Source of the DNA: Clostridia bacterium | GTDB lineage: Bacteria > Bacillota > Clostridia > TANB77 > CAG-508 | Reading direction: 5' to 3' | DNA: 64,000 nt | Assembly (NCBI GenBank): GCA_900759475.1 | Contig: CAAEVK010000012.1 | Location: forward strand, 75,938-139,937 | Shown: in pieces, positions 42,330-52,863 of the stretch | Numbering within the stretch: position 1 is the stretch's first letter | Layout of the letters: each line of letters begins with the position of its first letter | Notes under the pieces: model-generated | The model's input: the letters and a program-made list of their open reading frames with translations, nothing else | The model's database searches: none | What the model was told of the DNA's origin: nothing | Made by a program: the position numbers and the translations under genes

Positions 42330-44660
42330 ATGAAAGTGGTGAAAATTTTGAAATACATTGATAAATTCTTAAAATTTTTAAAAACCGATAGAAATACATT
42401 TTTAACATATATTTTAACTCTTGCAACTATTTATATTGTTGTCGATAGAATAATAGAAATTATTTTTATGATGTTTACAGGAGTTAGTGCTTCTTATTGG
42501 GGACCTATTACCTATACCTTTGCATTAGCTTGTCCTGTTTTTGCTTATTTATTTTCTGGCAGTTCGAAATTCACCAAAGGTTCTAATATGAAAATTTCAT
42601 TTTTTTACCTTTATTGCATTAGTTTATATATTATTGCTCTTTCTATGTTTGTACAATGGATTAATGTTTTTGCTTGGCTTGCTTTTACTTTTGTACCTAA
42701 TTTTGCAAAAATTATTGCAGATTTTTCAGATTTAATTAAGCCGGCATTTTCTGCACTTGCTATTTACTTACCACTTGCTACCTTTTATCCACTATTTAAA
42801 TGGTTGTTTTTAGGTGTAAATGATACTAAAAAATGGAAAGATTCTATTAAGGATTATGGTGGTATAGATTTATCTGCTAAACCAGAAGGCGTAGGTCCAT
42901 ATTCTTGCGAAATTACTATTTGTAAAAATTCCGATACTGCTAAAGCTGTAAAGACTCCTGAACCAAAAAGGTTTGAATCTACATTTGTTTGCGGAAGTTC
43001 TGGAACTGGAAAAACTTCTATGGTATTCGAACCTATGATTGCACAAGATATTGAAAAGAAACGATTTTTTAGAGAAGTCTCTAAAGAAATGGGATTCACT
43101 GCTCTAAAAACTGGTTTAGCAGTTTTAAATACACCATATGATAATGAATATTTAAATAAAAATTTTAATTTAAATATGATTAAACCAAATTCTTATAATG
43201 TAAAACTTTATAATGCTTATATGAAAAAATTAATTGTTTATTCTTCTGAAAACAATTATACTTATAAAGATTTAGGACTTACCTATTTAGCACCAGACTA
43301 TGAATCTGTTAATCGCATGATAGATGTTGCCAATAATTATAACATACCATTTCATATTGTAGATCCTTCTAACAGTAATTCAATTGGTATAAATCCTTTT
43401 ATTCATGAAAATCCTGTAAAAACTGCTATCGCTATTTCTTCTGTTTTAAAAGGAATGTATTTTACTACTCATGTAGAAGTAGAAGAGGCATTTAGAGAAA
43501 ATGTTGTTACTCAAGCAATTGAAAATTTGTGTATTTTGCTAAAAGAAGTATATCCTAAACTACATAATGGAAATATTCCAACACTAGAAGATTTATTAAA
43601 CCTTTTAAATGATTTCGATTTAGTTGAAGAGATGTGTTATGTTCTAGAAAGTGACGAGGAATTAAAAAATCAATATCTTATTCAATTATCTTATTTTAAA
43701 AAGAATTTTTACAAAAATTCTCCTGGTAGAGCAGATACAGAAAAATTTGTATATTCTGCCATTACACAGTTAGATAATTTATTAAGATACCCAGGAATTA
43801 GAACTATTTTATGTAATAGAACTAATAATATTAATTTTGATAAAGCATTACAGAATGGAGAAATTACTTTAGTGTGTACACGACGTGGTGACTTAGGAGA
43901 AACTGCTCACAAAGCATTTGGATTATTCTTTTTATTGCTAATGCAATATTCGGTATTAACAAGACCAGGAAATGAAAAGACACGAATTCCTCATTTCTTA
44001 TATGTTGACGAATTTCCAGACTTTTTGTGTAAAGCAACATCACCTATTTTTACATTATATAGAAAGTATCGCGTTGGAACTATTATTTCGGCACAAACTT
44101 TGTCTCAATTTGGTGCACAAGGAAAAGATAATTATAGGCAAGTAATTTTAAGTAATTGTAGTACAAAAATACTTTTTGGTGGTGGCACACCTGAAGAAAA
44201 TGAATGGTGGTCAAAAGAATTTGGTCAGCACAGAGAATGGATGTGGAATGATTCTTATGATACTAAAAAAGGTGAGTACGATCCTAAATTTAATGGCATT
44301 AAATGGGGATGGAAAACTACATTTGAAGCTAATAAATTAGCTACTCTAAAATTTAAAAAGTGTGCTTATAAAACACGTGATTCTAAAGGAAAGGCTATTA
44401 TTGGTCCAGGTTCAGTTGATTTTCTTTCTTCTAAGTATAAAGAAAAACAAGAAGATGCAACTTATAATTTTTATCGATTTGCTAGCGGTATTCATGATGA
44501 AAATAAAAAATCCACATTAAAGAAAAATAAATCTGTTATAACTAGCTCAGATGATATAAACGAAGAATTTGACCCAATTCAAACAGATACTACAGATGCA
44601 AATTACTTTCTAAATAGTGATGATGGTATTACTATTGATTTAAATAAAAAACAACCATAA
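42330..44660 (+). CDS. TraG/VirD4/TcpA-like type IV coupling protein (membrane-anchored P-loop ATPase)
   Basis: 776 aa. About four N-terminal TM helices, Walker A GSSGTGKTS, Walker B LYVDEFPDF, and a TIISAQTLSQF motif. Confidence 0.55.
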   Translation: MKVVKILKYIDKFLKFLKTDRNTFLTYILTLATIYIVVDRIIEIIFMMFTGVSASYWGPITYTFALACPVFAYLFSGSSKFTKGSNMKISFFYLYCISLYIIALSMFVQWINVFAWLAFTFVPNFAKIIADFSDLIKPAFSALAIYLPLATFYPLFKWLFLGVNDTKKWKDSIKDYGGIDLSAKPEGVGPYSCEITICKNSDTAKAVKTPEPKRFESTFVCGSSGTGKTSMVFEPMIAQDIEKKRFFREVSKEMGFTALKTGLAVLNTPYDNEYLNKNFNLNMIKPNSYNVKLYNAYMKKLIVYSSENNYTYKDLGLTYLAPDYESVNRMIDVANNYNIPFHIVDPSNSNSIGINPFIHENPVKTAIAISSVLKGMYFTTHVEVEEAFRENVVTQAIENLCILLKEVYPKLHNGNIPTLEDLLNLLNDFDLVEEMCYVLESDEELKNQYLIQLSYFKKNFYKNSPGRADTEKFVYSAITQLDNLLRYPGIRTILCNRTNNINFDKALQNGEITLVCTRRGDLGETAHKAFGLFFLLLMQYSVLTRPGNEKTRIPHFLYVDEFPDFLCKATSPIFTLYRKYRVGTIISAQTLSQFGAQGKDNYRQVILSNCSTKILFGGGTPEENEWWSKEFGQHREWMWNDSYDTKKGEYDPKFNGIKWGWKTTFEANKLATLKFKKCAYKTRDSKGKAIIGPGSVDFLSSKYKEKQEDATYNFYRFASGIHDENKKSTLKKNKSVITSSDDINEEFDPIQTDTTDANYFLNSDDGITIDLNKKQP

Positions 44661-44697
44661 AAGAAAAATAGAGTATTGCACTCTATTTTTCTTTTAT
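44661..44697 (+). terminator. terminator after the coupling protein gene
   Basis: aaaatagagt attgc actctatttt. Confidence 0.6.
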
Positions 44698-44847
44698 GGT
44701 TATATTATACCTATTCAGTATAATTTTTTTCTTTTATGGTTTTAACTTCATAAGAAAAGTTACTTCGTCACATGTACACGATGCTTCGCATCGGCACATC
44801 CCAAGGAAACTTAACCTTGTTGTATAAAAATATAATTATTACTCCTT

Positions 44848-45783
44848 TTATCCCAATAATTTAATTGTTGGTTCTTCCATTTTATATTTGTTAGTTGCTT
44901 CATCTAATTTAAATTCCACCAATGTGTTGCTTAAAGTTTCTTGATTTTGCCTTAAATCTGTAGAAAAATATAGCTTAATTCTATCTAACTCTAACTTATT
45001 TTTTATAATTATTTTAAAAGTTTCTGCCATGTGCTTATCATCTTCACAAATAATAATTAGTTGTGGCACTCTTTCATATCCACAATCCATAGTTACAAAA
45101 TTATCGTAAAAATCTTTATATAACTTCATTCTGTCAGAAAATTTCTTTTCCCATTCTTCCTCTCTTCTTACTACTTCAAATAGGAAGTCTATGTTTTTGT
45201 CATTTCTTGTTAATTGAATTCCACCATGTGCCTTAAAAACTTTTCCTACTCTTTTAGCAGATAGTGTAGGCTTTACGGTATAACTATTATATGCTTGTAC
45301 TTTTCTTAAATATGCTAAAATTGTTTGATTTCCAGCTAACCTCTTTTTTACCATTCCCACTGGTTTAGTATTGTCTGTTGGTTGCCAATTACATTCTATT
45401 CCTCTGGAGTTTAGTAAGTATTTTCCCATTTTTTCTAGACAATATACTCTGTAAGTGCAGTCTCCTTCTTCAGAACGAAAAAAATACCTTGTTAAAATCT
45501 TGCATTTTATTAATTGTTCTAACCTAGTATTTAATTTATCTTGTGATGTAATCTCTACTTTTCTTTCTTGCAATATTTGATATAATTGACGTGAAGTAAT
45601 AAATTCAAATTCATTTACGATTTCTATTATTTTAAAGTGTACTTCTGTAATATGTCCAATATTAATTTTATTAATAATTTGATTAATTGACACATAACCA
45701 TCTTTTCCATCAAATACCTTTATTTCATTTGCTCTAACAGCAAATGGTGATGTAGTCGCTTTTATTTCAAAGTCTTCTACCAT
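44848..45783 (-). CDS. replication-relaxation family protein (putative MOB relaxase / Rep)
   Basis: 311 aa. N-terminal wHTH-like segment (EIVNEFEFITSRQLYQIL). Its partner is the coupling protein. Confidence 0.4.
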   Translation of the reverse strand: MVEDFEIKATTSPFAVRANEIKVFDGKDGYVSINQIINKINIGHITEVHFKIIEIVNEFEFITSRQLYQILQERKVEITSQDKLNTRLEQLIKCKILTRYFFRSEEGDCTYRVYCLEKMGKYLLNSRGIECNWQPTDNTKPVGMVKKRLAGNQTILAYLRKVQAYNSYTVKPTLSAKRVGKVFKAHGGIQLTRNDKNIDFLFEVVRREEEWEKKFSDRMKLYKDFYDNFVTMDCGYERVPQLIIICEDDKHMAETFKIIIKNKLELDRIKLYFSTDLRQNQETLSNTLVEFKLDEATNKYKMEEPTIKLLG

Positions 45784-45827
45784 ACAAAAATTCCTCCTAA
45801 TTTAAGATTTTATTTAAACACTATTGC

Positions 45828-45851
45828 GTATATTGTACTAGTACAATATAC
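45828..45851. promoter_or_regulatory. perfect 24-bp palindrome GTATATTGTACTAGTACAATATAC in the promoter region of the relaxation-protein gene (putative operator)
   Basis: The sequence is its own reverse complement. Confidence 0.5.
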
Positions 45852-45913
45852 ATAAACTCATATTTAATAAGCTTATCGTATTTTTATACAAATATATAAC
45901 TATTTTTATTGTA

Positions 45914-46641
45914 TCATATATTTTTTTTATTGTCTAATAAATTCTTAATTTCGTCTTGTTTTAAATATCTCCATTCTCCTAGTTTCATATCTTGTACAGA
46001 TATCATTCCAATTTTACTTCTATGTAGTCTTAATACTTCATACCCTATTGCTTCAAACATTTTTCTTATTTGTCTATTTTTTCCTTCATGAATTGTAATT
46101 TCAATTTCCGTTTTATCTGTTTTTTCATCATATTTTATTTCCTTTATTTTAGCAGGGCTTGTTGTGTAATCTTCTATTTTTACTCCTGCTCTTAATTTTT
46201 TTAATTCTTCTTCTTTTACTTTTCCTTTCATCTTAGCAATATATGTTTTTTCTACTTCATGTTTAGGATGTGTTATTTGATAAACAAATTCGCCATCATT
46301 GGTAAGAATAATTGCTCCGTGAAGTATACATATCTAGTCTTCCTACTGGCACAATTCTTTCTTGTAATGGAATTAAATCTACTATTTTAGGTCTGTTAAA
46401 TTCATCTTTCAATGTTGTAACATATCCTGTTGGCTTATTTAAAAGAATATATATTTTTTCTTTTTGTAAGTTTACTATTTTATTATCAAAATAAACTTTA
46501 TCATTTATTCCTACTTTATCACCCAATCCGTGCAATTTTATTATTTATTTTTACTCTTCCTTTTTCTATGTATTCCTCTGCTCGACGTCTTGAACAAACT
46601 CCTGCTTGACTTAAAAACTTTTGCAATCTTATTTCTGACAT
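45914..46641 (-). CDS. rsuA: 16S/23S rRNA pseudouridine synthase, RsuA/RluB family (S4 domain + PseudoU_synth_2), frame broken by two extra C (46530 and 46309)
   Basis: S4 N-terminus MSEIRLQKFLSQAGVCSRR, VPVGRLD catalytic Asp motif, and the C-terminal piece in the 105-aa ORF. GCA-C-GGA and TCA-C-GGA create the shifts. Removing both gives a single 242-codon frame. Confidence 0.75.
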
Positions 46642-46761
46642 ATTTTTCTCCTTCTTATTATTAAAACATGTACTATTCACATTTTGAAGAAAATTACATA
46701 ATATGTAATATAACTTTTATCTTTTTAGGTAAAAGATCATATAGATTTTCCGGTATAGAGC

Positions 46762-47692
46762 TTATACCGGATTTTTTTGTTTTAGTTTTTTTATTATTTC
46801 TTTAAAATACATTGGCAATGGTGCTTCTATATGTATTTGTTTGCCAGTTGTTGGATGACAAAATTCTAACTTTGCTGCATGCAAACATTGCCCTTTTACC
46901 CCAAATGGATTTTTACCATTTGAATAAACATAGTCCCCTACTACAGGATAACCAATTTCTGCTAAATGTACTCTAATTTGATGGGTTCTTCCTGTATCAA
47001 TTTTTACTTCTAGTAAGGTATAACCGTTCAAACCTCTCTAATACTTTAAAATGTGTTATTGCCTCTTTTCCATTTTTATTAACTGCCATCTTTTTTCTAT
47101 CTTTTGGGCTTCTTCCAATTGGCATGCAAATTGTTGCTTCATTTTCCCTTACATTTCCTCGTACAAGAGCAATATATGTTTTTTGTACCTTCCTTTGTTT
47201 TATTTGTTCACTTATATAAATATGGGCTATATCATTTTTGGCAATAATTAAAAGACCAGATGTATCCTTATCTAGCCTATGAACAATGCCTGGTCTTATT
47301 TCTCCTCCAATACCAGACAAAGAATCTTTGCAAATATTCATCATTGCATTTACTAATGTCCCATCAGGGTTCCCATTTCCTGGATGAACAACTAATCCTT
47401 TTGGTTTATTAACAATAATAATGTCATTATCTTCATAAACAACTTCTATTGGTATATCCTGTGCTTTTAAATTAATCTCCTTTGCTTGCGGTAATTTTAT
47501 TAGTATTTTATCTCCTATTTGTACTTTATAAGAAGATTTTTCTATTTTGCCATTGACAAATATATTTTTTTCTTCAATCATTCTTTGGATAGCTACTCTT
47601 GATAAATCACTATTTTTTTCTGCTAAAATTTTATCTAACCTAATACCTTCTTGGTCAGCAATATATTCTCTTATTTCTTCTTTTTGCATCAT
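46762..47692 (-). CDS. rluD: 23S rRNA pseudouridine synthase RluD (RluA family), frame broken by one extra C (47026)
   Basis: S4 domain, HRLDKDTSG motif and a C-terminal TGRTHQIRVH. GAA-C-GGT reads E R L. Without the C it reads ERFEGYTLLEV, giving 309 aa. Confidence 0.8.
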
Positions 47693-48445
47693 GTATCAAA
47701 TTTCCCCTTAGTTTTGTCTTTTTTTAAAATTAATTTTATAACATATACTGGTAATACTGCCATTCGAACAATTCGACTTGGTTCTATACAAAGTCTCCAA
47801 AACCATTCCATTCCAATTTTTTGTACCCATACAGGAGCTCTTTTTATTCTACCCGCTTCATAATCAAAAGTACCACCTTGTCCTGTTGCTACATCTACTT
47901 TTAGTTCATTGCGATGTTGGTAAATCCATTTTTCTTGCCTAGGTGCACCTGTAGCTACAAATAATACATTTGGTTGTAAATGATTAATTTTTTCTATCAC
48001 TTCTTTTTCTGTTTTTTCATCTAAATATCCATGATGAACTCCTACAATTTTTAATTTTGGAAATAGTTGTAATAAATTTTCTTTTGTTTTTTCTGGTATA
48101 CCTGGTCTTCCCCCTAAAAGATAAAAGGTTAATCCTGCTTGTTCTCCTCTTTTTAATACTTCCCTAAAATATGCTTGTCCGAGGAATTCTTTCTACAAAT
48201 TTTTTTCCTTGTAGCTTAGCTCCTAACATAATTCCAATACTGTCTGGTGTAGCAAGACTTGATAATTTTAAAATATCAAAAAATTCTTTATCTTTTTGTG
48301 CTTTCATAATAAATTCTACATTAGGAGCAAATATCATTTTACATGATTTATTACTTTGCTTTACTAAATCTAATGTTATTTGCCCCGCTTCTTGTTTTGT
48401 TATATTGTCAATTGGCACTCCTAAAATAACAATTCTTTCTTGCAT
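47689..48445 (-). CDS. tagA: WecB/TagA/CpsF-family glycosyltransferase, frame broken by one extra C (48181)
   Basis: ILGVPID...FAPNVEF...PDSIGI motifs. CCT-C-GGA reads P R T. Without the C a continuous 251-aa frame joins to the 103-aa ORF. Confidence 0.75.
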
Positions 48446-48474
48446 TTTTTCCCTCCACCATATAAAACATCAAT

Positions 48475-48987
48475 TTATTTTTCATTCGTTTTAAAATTAT
48501 TCTTACTTATAGTATATTTAATTGTTAGAATTACAAATACAATCCATCCAACTACAATATAAATATCTGCTATATTAAAAATTGGAAACTTAAAAATTGG
48601 TGTAATATCAATAAAATCCACAACATATCCTCTTATTATTCTGTCTAATAAGTTACTAATTCCACCAGCTAAAATAAAACTACCACATAATTTTGTTGTC
48701 CTATTCATTTTATCAAACTGAATAATCATAAAACGAATTACAATTCCTAAAACAATGCTATTTGTAATAATAATACCCCATAAGTTATTTTGTGCTAAGT
48801 TAAAGGCCCCTCCTGTATTTTTAGCAAAAGTAAATTGAAGAACCCCTTCTATTATATTAATTGTATAATTAGTTTTGCTTATAATAAATTTTGTAATTTG
48901 ATCTATTAACAACAATCCTAAAATAACCACGATGATACAAATATATTTTTTTTTCACATTTGTTCCTTCCTTAAAAAAATCTAACAT
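48475..48987 (-). CDS. lspA: lipoprotein signal peptidase (signal peptidase II)
   Basis: 170 aa. Motifs GGAFN, NLLDR, VVDFID, FNIAD. Confidence 0.85.
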   Translation of the reverse strand: MLDFFKEGTNVKKKYICIIVVILGLLLIDQITKFIISKTNYTINIIEGVLQFTFAKNTGGAFNLAQNNLWGIIITNSIVLGIVIRFMIIQFDKMNRTTKLCGSFILAGGISNLLDRIIRGYVVDFIDITPIFKFPIFNIADIYIVVGWIVFVILTIKYTISKNNFKTNEK

Positions 48988-49022
48988 ATTGTCAAATTAA
49001 TAGTGTCCTACTATTGTTTTTG

Positions 49023-50642
49023 TTATTCTGCTCCTTCTGGCATTCTTTCATATACACAAAAATAATTATCAGAATATAGTTGTTTATATTTGTTATCTCT
49101 TGGTAAAAACAAATTAAGCCTTGCATTTTTATGCACAATCACATGAGTAATATCATATTCCTCAAATTTATCCTCATAATGCAAACCTATATTAGCAATA
49201 TTAATAAAATCCGAAAAAATATCCTTTACTTTATTATATTCTTTTGTATATAAGTCACATCTTGAATCAATAAATACTGGTATATCTTGCATTAACAAAT
49301 AACTTCCATAATTATATTCGTTAAATAAACGCATATTTTCCATATCAATATTTTCTTTTATAAATTGTGCTGCTTCTACTGGATACGAAGATTTATCTAC
49401 AAAGGTATTTCCTATTTTAGGCTTAATAATTCCATAGCAAAGAATTGCCACAATTCCGATTGTAATTATTTTTCCTGGCAAAGTAACTACTTTTTTGGTA
49501 AATCTTTCCACTCCACCTTTGTCATACTTGTCAAATATAGAAGTAATTAATCTGTTTAATACTAAAGAACATATTAAAATAAACATAGAAGTTTGTCTTC
49601 TTGTCTTTAAGGCTAATAGTAATAATCCTCCTGTCATAAACAAATCTCTTAAACGAATTTTTGTATCTGTAAACATAAGTATTGCAATAAATAAAACAAT
49701 CAAACATAAAAAGTTTATATCATTAATTAAAGTTAATGGTAAATGTTCATTAATAAATTGTGTTGTATTTCCTCTTAAAGTATCATATAAATATGTATAA
49801 GGCGTTCCATGTAATGGTGTTAATAGTCCTGTTACTACACAAACTAGCATAATTACAATAAGCCATTTTACATTATCATTTTTTACTACCTGTAATTTAT
49901 ATGCTCTTTCGCTTATTTTTTTCTTTCGTTCTTCTATTTCATGAATTTTGTTTTGAATTTCTTCTACTTTAGCAACACTAACATCTGTTTGGATTTTCCT
50001 TGCTTGTATTTTTTTTATCTTCCATTTTCTTAATGTAATTCCCAAATTTCCTAGTAAAGCAATAATATATTCTCCAATATATGGCATAAACAATACAAAG
50101 AAAAATGGCCATACAGCTAAATGGAAGTTAGCAATAATTGTTGGAATAATAAATAGTCCAATTGCATATCTTTTCTTTTTAGTTGCTAAAAATTGTTCTA
50201 TACAATAGATTGTCCATATAAATAAAATAAAGGTTAGTAATTGTGCCCTTGCTGCTATATAATCTTTTAGTAAAAACATTGCTCCTATTGTAATAATAAA
50301 AGAAAGTATATTATTTTTTGTTAATTTTGCATTAACAAAATAAATACTTATTCCCAAAATTGCAGCTAGTATTGCTGTTAATATATATACACCTAAAAAA
50401 CCACCAATACTATATACTAAATAAGTCATTACATCATATGCCCAATGTGGATAGGTATAAGGCAAGTTTTCATGCCAAGAAAATGGATCCATCATATCGA
50501 TGCCATTTTGCATGATATGTTCTCCTACTTTAATTGTATAATAAGTATCATTTTGCAAAGTAATAGGAGTTAATGCAATGCAAAATATTGCAATTAAAAT
50601 AACTGCTAAAATATTAAATTTTATCTTTGTTTTTTTGTCCAT
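49023..50642 (-). CDS. polytopic membrane protein, possibly a GT-C-fold glycosyltransferase (ArnT/PMT-like)
   Basis: 539 aa, 10 or more TM helices. Sits among cell-envelope genes. The family assignment is tentative. Confidence 0.35.
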   Translation of the reverse strand: MDKKTKIKFNILAVILIAIFCIALTPITLQNDTYYTIKVGEHIMQNGIDMMDPFSWHENLPYTYPHWAYDVMTYLVYSIGGFLGVYILTAILAAILGISIYFVNAKLTKNNILSFIITIGAMFLLKDYIAARAQLLTFILFIWTIYCIEQFLATKKKRYAIGLFIIPTIIANFHLAVWPFFFVLFMPYIGEYIIALLGNLGITLRKWKIKKIQARKIQTDVSVAKVEEIQNKIHEIEERKKKISERAYKLQVVKNDNVKWLIVIMLVCVVTGLLTPLHGTPYTYLYDTLRGNTTQFINEHLPLTLINDINFLCLIVLFIAILMFTDTKIRLRDLFMTGGLLLLALKTRRQTSMFILICSLVLNRLITSIFDKYDKGGVERFTKKVVTLPGKIITIGIVAILCYGIIKPKIGNTFVDKSSYPVEAAQFIKENIDMENMRLFNEYNYGSYLLMQDIPVFIDSRCDLYTKEYNKVKDIFSDFINIANIGLHYEDKFEEYDITHVIVHKNARLNLFLPRDNKYKQLYSDNYFCVYERMPEGAE

Positions 50643-50822
50643 GATTTCCTCCTCAATTAAAACTATATCTATATTATCATATTCTTTTTTAGGTTACAAG
50701 AATAAATCTAAAAAAAGCTTATAATAGGAATAATGCTATAAAAATATAAAAGTATAGCTTATAACAATAAATGAAGTGAACATTTTGGTGTTCACTTCAT
50801 TTATACTCTTTTTTGATTTTCT

Positions 50823-51506
50823 TTAAATTGCTTCTTGTGTTGAATTTTCTTCTTCATTATTTTTTTGATTAATTACTTCCATACTAATAACTGACACTTC
50901 ATAAGCAACTTTATTTAATACAGTACCATCTTCTAATTTTTTTTCATATCCTCTGCTTTGGACTCTGCCAACAACTTTAACTTCTGTTCCAACTTCCATA
51001 TTTTGACAAAATCTTGCATTTCTTCCCCAAGCAATACATGGAATATAATCAGATTTATTGTAAGCTCTGTTAACTGCTAATAAAACATCTGCAATTTCTC
51101 TTTTAAATGGCGTTTGCCTGTAAATTGGTTTTTTACATATGTAACCACTTAAAATAACTTCATTAGAAACGTTTTCTTTGCTAATTGGCAACTCTTCCTC
51201 GTCTGGTAATACAGTAATTTCTTTTGCAAATACTGTTAAAATCAATCTACTTTTTTCATTTTCGTAGCCATTGTATGATCTAAACTGGCCTTCTATCACT
51301 GCCTTTTTTCCAACAAATATGTCTATATCTGTTAATAGTCTTTCAGATATTGTAATTGGTATAATATCTGAAGTTTCACTTAGCCTTGGAACTTCTAAAT
51401 TAAATAAATAAAATTTTTCTCCATAAACCTCATGACTAAGCATTTTTTCGCTTACAACTTTCCCCATTAATACTAAATGATTGTTTTCTGAATAATTTGT
51501 AATCAA
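50823..51506 (-). CDS. SSB-like protein with two tandem OB folds
   Basis: 227 aa. The C-terminal half aligns to the SSB OB fold (LAVNR...D...CIAWGR...GRVQSRGYE). The N-terminal half shows the same pattern. Confidence 0.45.
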   Translation of the reverse strand: MITNYSENNHLVLMGKVVSEKMLSHEVYGEKFYLFNLEVPRLSETSDIIPITISERLLTDIDIFVGKKAVIEGQFRSYNGYENEKSRLILTVFAKEITVLPDEEELPISKENVSNEVILSGYICKKPIYRQTPFKREIADVLLAVNRAYNKSDYIPCIAWGRNARFCQNMEVGTEVKVVGRVQSRGYEKKLEDGTVLNKVAYEVSVISMEVINQKNNEEENSTQEAI

Positions 51507-51680
51507 TGTATTTTCCTCCTTAATTTATCTATAGTATTTTTTAATGTTTATACTTTAGAATATTCACGATACGTCCTTATTATACTACTTTTTTTGTGGT
51601 TTGTCTACATAAAATGTTAAATTTGTTAAATTTTTCTTTATATATATTAAATCCTCTCCTTTAAGTAAATTCTTAATAAG

Positions 51681-52178
51681 CTACGCTGCATATAAAAGCT
51701 CTGTAACACATAAACCTATAATTACATCCAGCTCTAATGAAAATTTTTTCTTATCAATGCGAATTTCTTGTGGCTCTATTTTTTTATTTTGCAATGTTGT
51801 AATATTTCTTTGCAAACATAGAATCAATTCTTCATCCTCTATGCTAGACATAGTTACTGTTGCTTTTCCATTAAAACCATACGTAATTGATATTGCATTT
51901 AAATCTTGCAATATCTTTAAATCAACTTTATCTGAATTAACAATAATGTATTTTGCATTTGCAATTATTTTTTTAAATTCTTCTTTATTTTGTAACTTTT
52001 TTACATTGTGATTAATAATAATTGTTTCAAATTTTACATTTTTAATATTAGTAATACTTTTTTCATTAATTGCAATTGCCGGATAAGGAGTAATTTTTTT
52101 TAATTCCTGTTCTACTATATTTTCTTGTTTTTTGTCTACACAAAAACCAATAAAACTCATTTCTTTTTCTCCCATCAT
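51681..52178 (-). CDS. hypothetical protein
   Basis: 165-aa ORF with no motif recognised. Confidence 0.35.
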   Translation of the reverse strand: MMGEKEMSFIGFCVDKKQENIVEQELKKITPYPAIAINEKSITNIKNVKFETIIINHNVKKLQNKEEFKKIIANAKYIIVNSDKVDLKILQDLNAISITYGFNGKATVTMSSIEDEELILCLQRNITTLQNKKIEPQEIRIDKKKFSLELDVIIGLCVTELLYAA

Positions 52179-52227
52179 TTTTTACTTAATGGTCATTTTA
52201 TTGTTATTTTTTCCACTTTTACTAAAT

Positions 52228-52845
52228 TTATTCTTGATGTTGTACTCCATTTACATCAATTTGATAATTTTCTTGATAAATTAAGTCTGACACTTTCACA
52301 ATATCAAAACCTTTTTCTTTAATACTCTTTATAATTCCTTTTAAACTAGATGCTGTATTTTTTGTTCCGTTATGCATTAAAATAATACTTCCATTTTGTA
52401 ATTTTGGTTCAATTCTACTAATCATTTCTTTTTCTGTTAATCCTGTATAGTCTAAACTATCTATTGACCATTGAATTGTAATATGATTTTCTGCTTTAGC
52501 AGCTCTTAAAACAGTATTACTATATTCACCATAAGGTCCCCTATAAAGTGTTGTCTTTTTTCCTGTTATTGCTTCTATTTTTTGACTACATTTTTTTATT
52601 TCCTCCCTATTCTTTTCTTCATTTAGATTGCTAACATGAGGATGTGTATTAGAATGATTTGCTATTTCATGTCCAGCTTCATAAATCTTTTTTACATATA
52701 CCCCATACTTATCCACCCAATCTCCCACCATAAAAAAAGTTATTTTTATTTTACTCTCCTCTAAAGTTTTTAAAATTTCATCAATATCGTCTGCATTCCA
52801 GTCGCAATTTCTTTTGTGATAGATTTTCGTTAAAATTAAAAGCAG
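52228..52845 (-). CDS. polysaccharide deacetylase (CE4/NodB, PdaA-like), 3' portion of a gene interrupted by the intervening element
   Basis: NodB motifs (HEIANHSNTHP, LYRGPYG, ILMHNG). The frame stays open upstream to a TAA at about 52846 with no start codon. The N-terminal continuation is at 63529-63735. Confidence 0.7.
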   Translation of the reverse strand: MLLILTKIYHKRNCDWNADDIDEILKTLEESKIKITFFMVGDWVDKYGVYVKKIYEAGHEIANHSNTHPHVSNLNEEKNREEIKKCSQKIEAITGKKTTLYRGPYGEYSNTVLRAAKAENHITIQWSIDSLDYTGLTEKEMISRIEPKLQNGSIILMHNGTKNTASSLKGIIKSIKEKGFDIVKVSDLIYQENYQIDVNGVQHQE

Positions 52846-52863
52846 ATTTTATCTACTCTAAAT

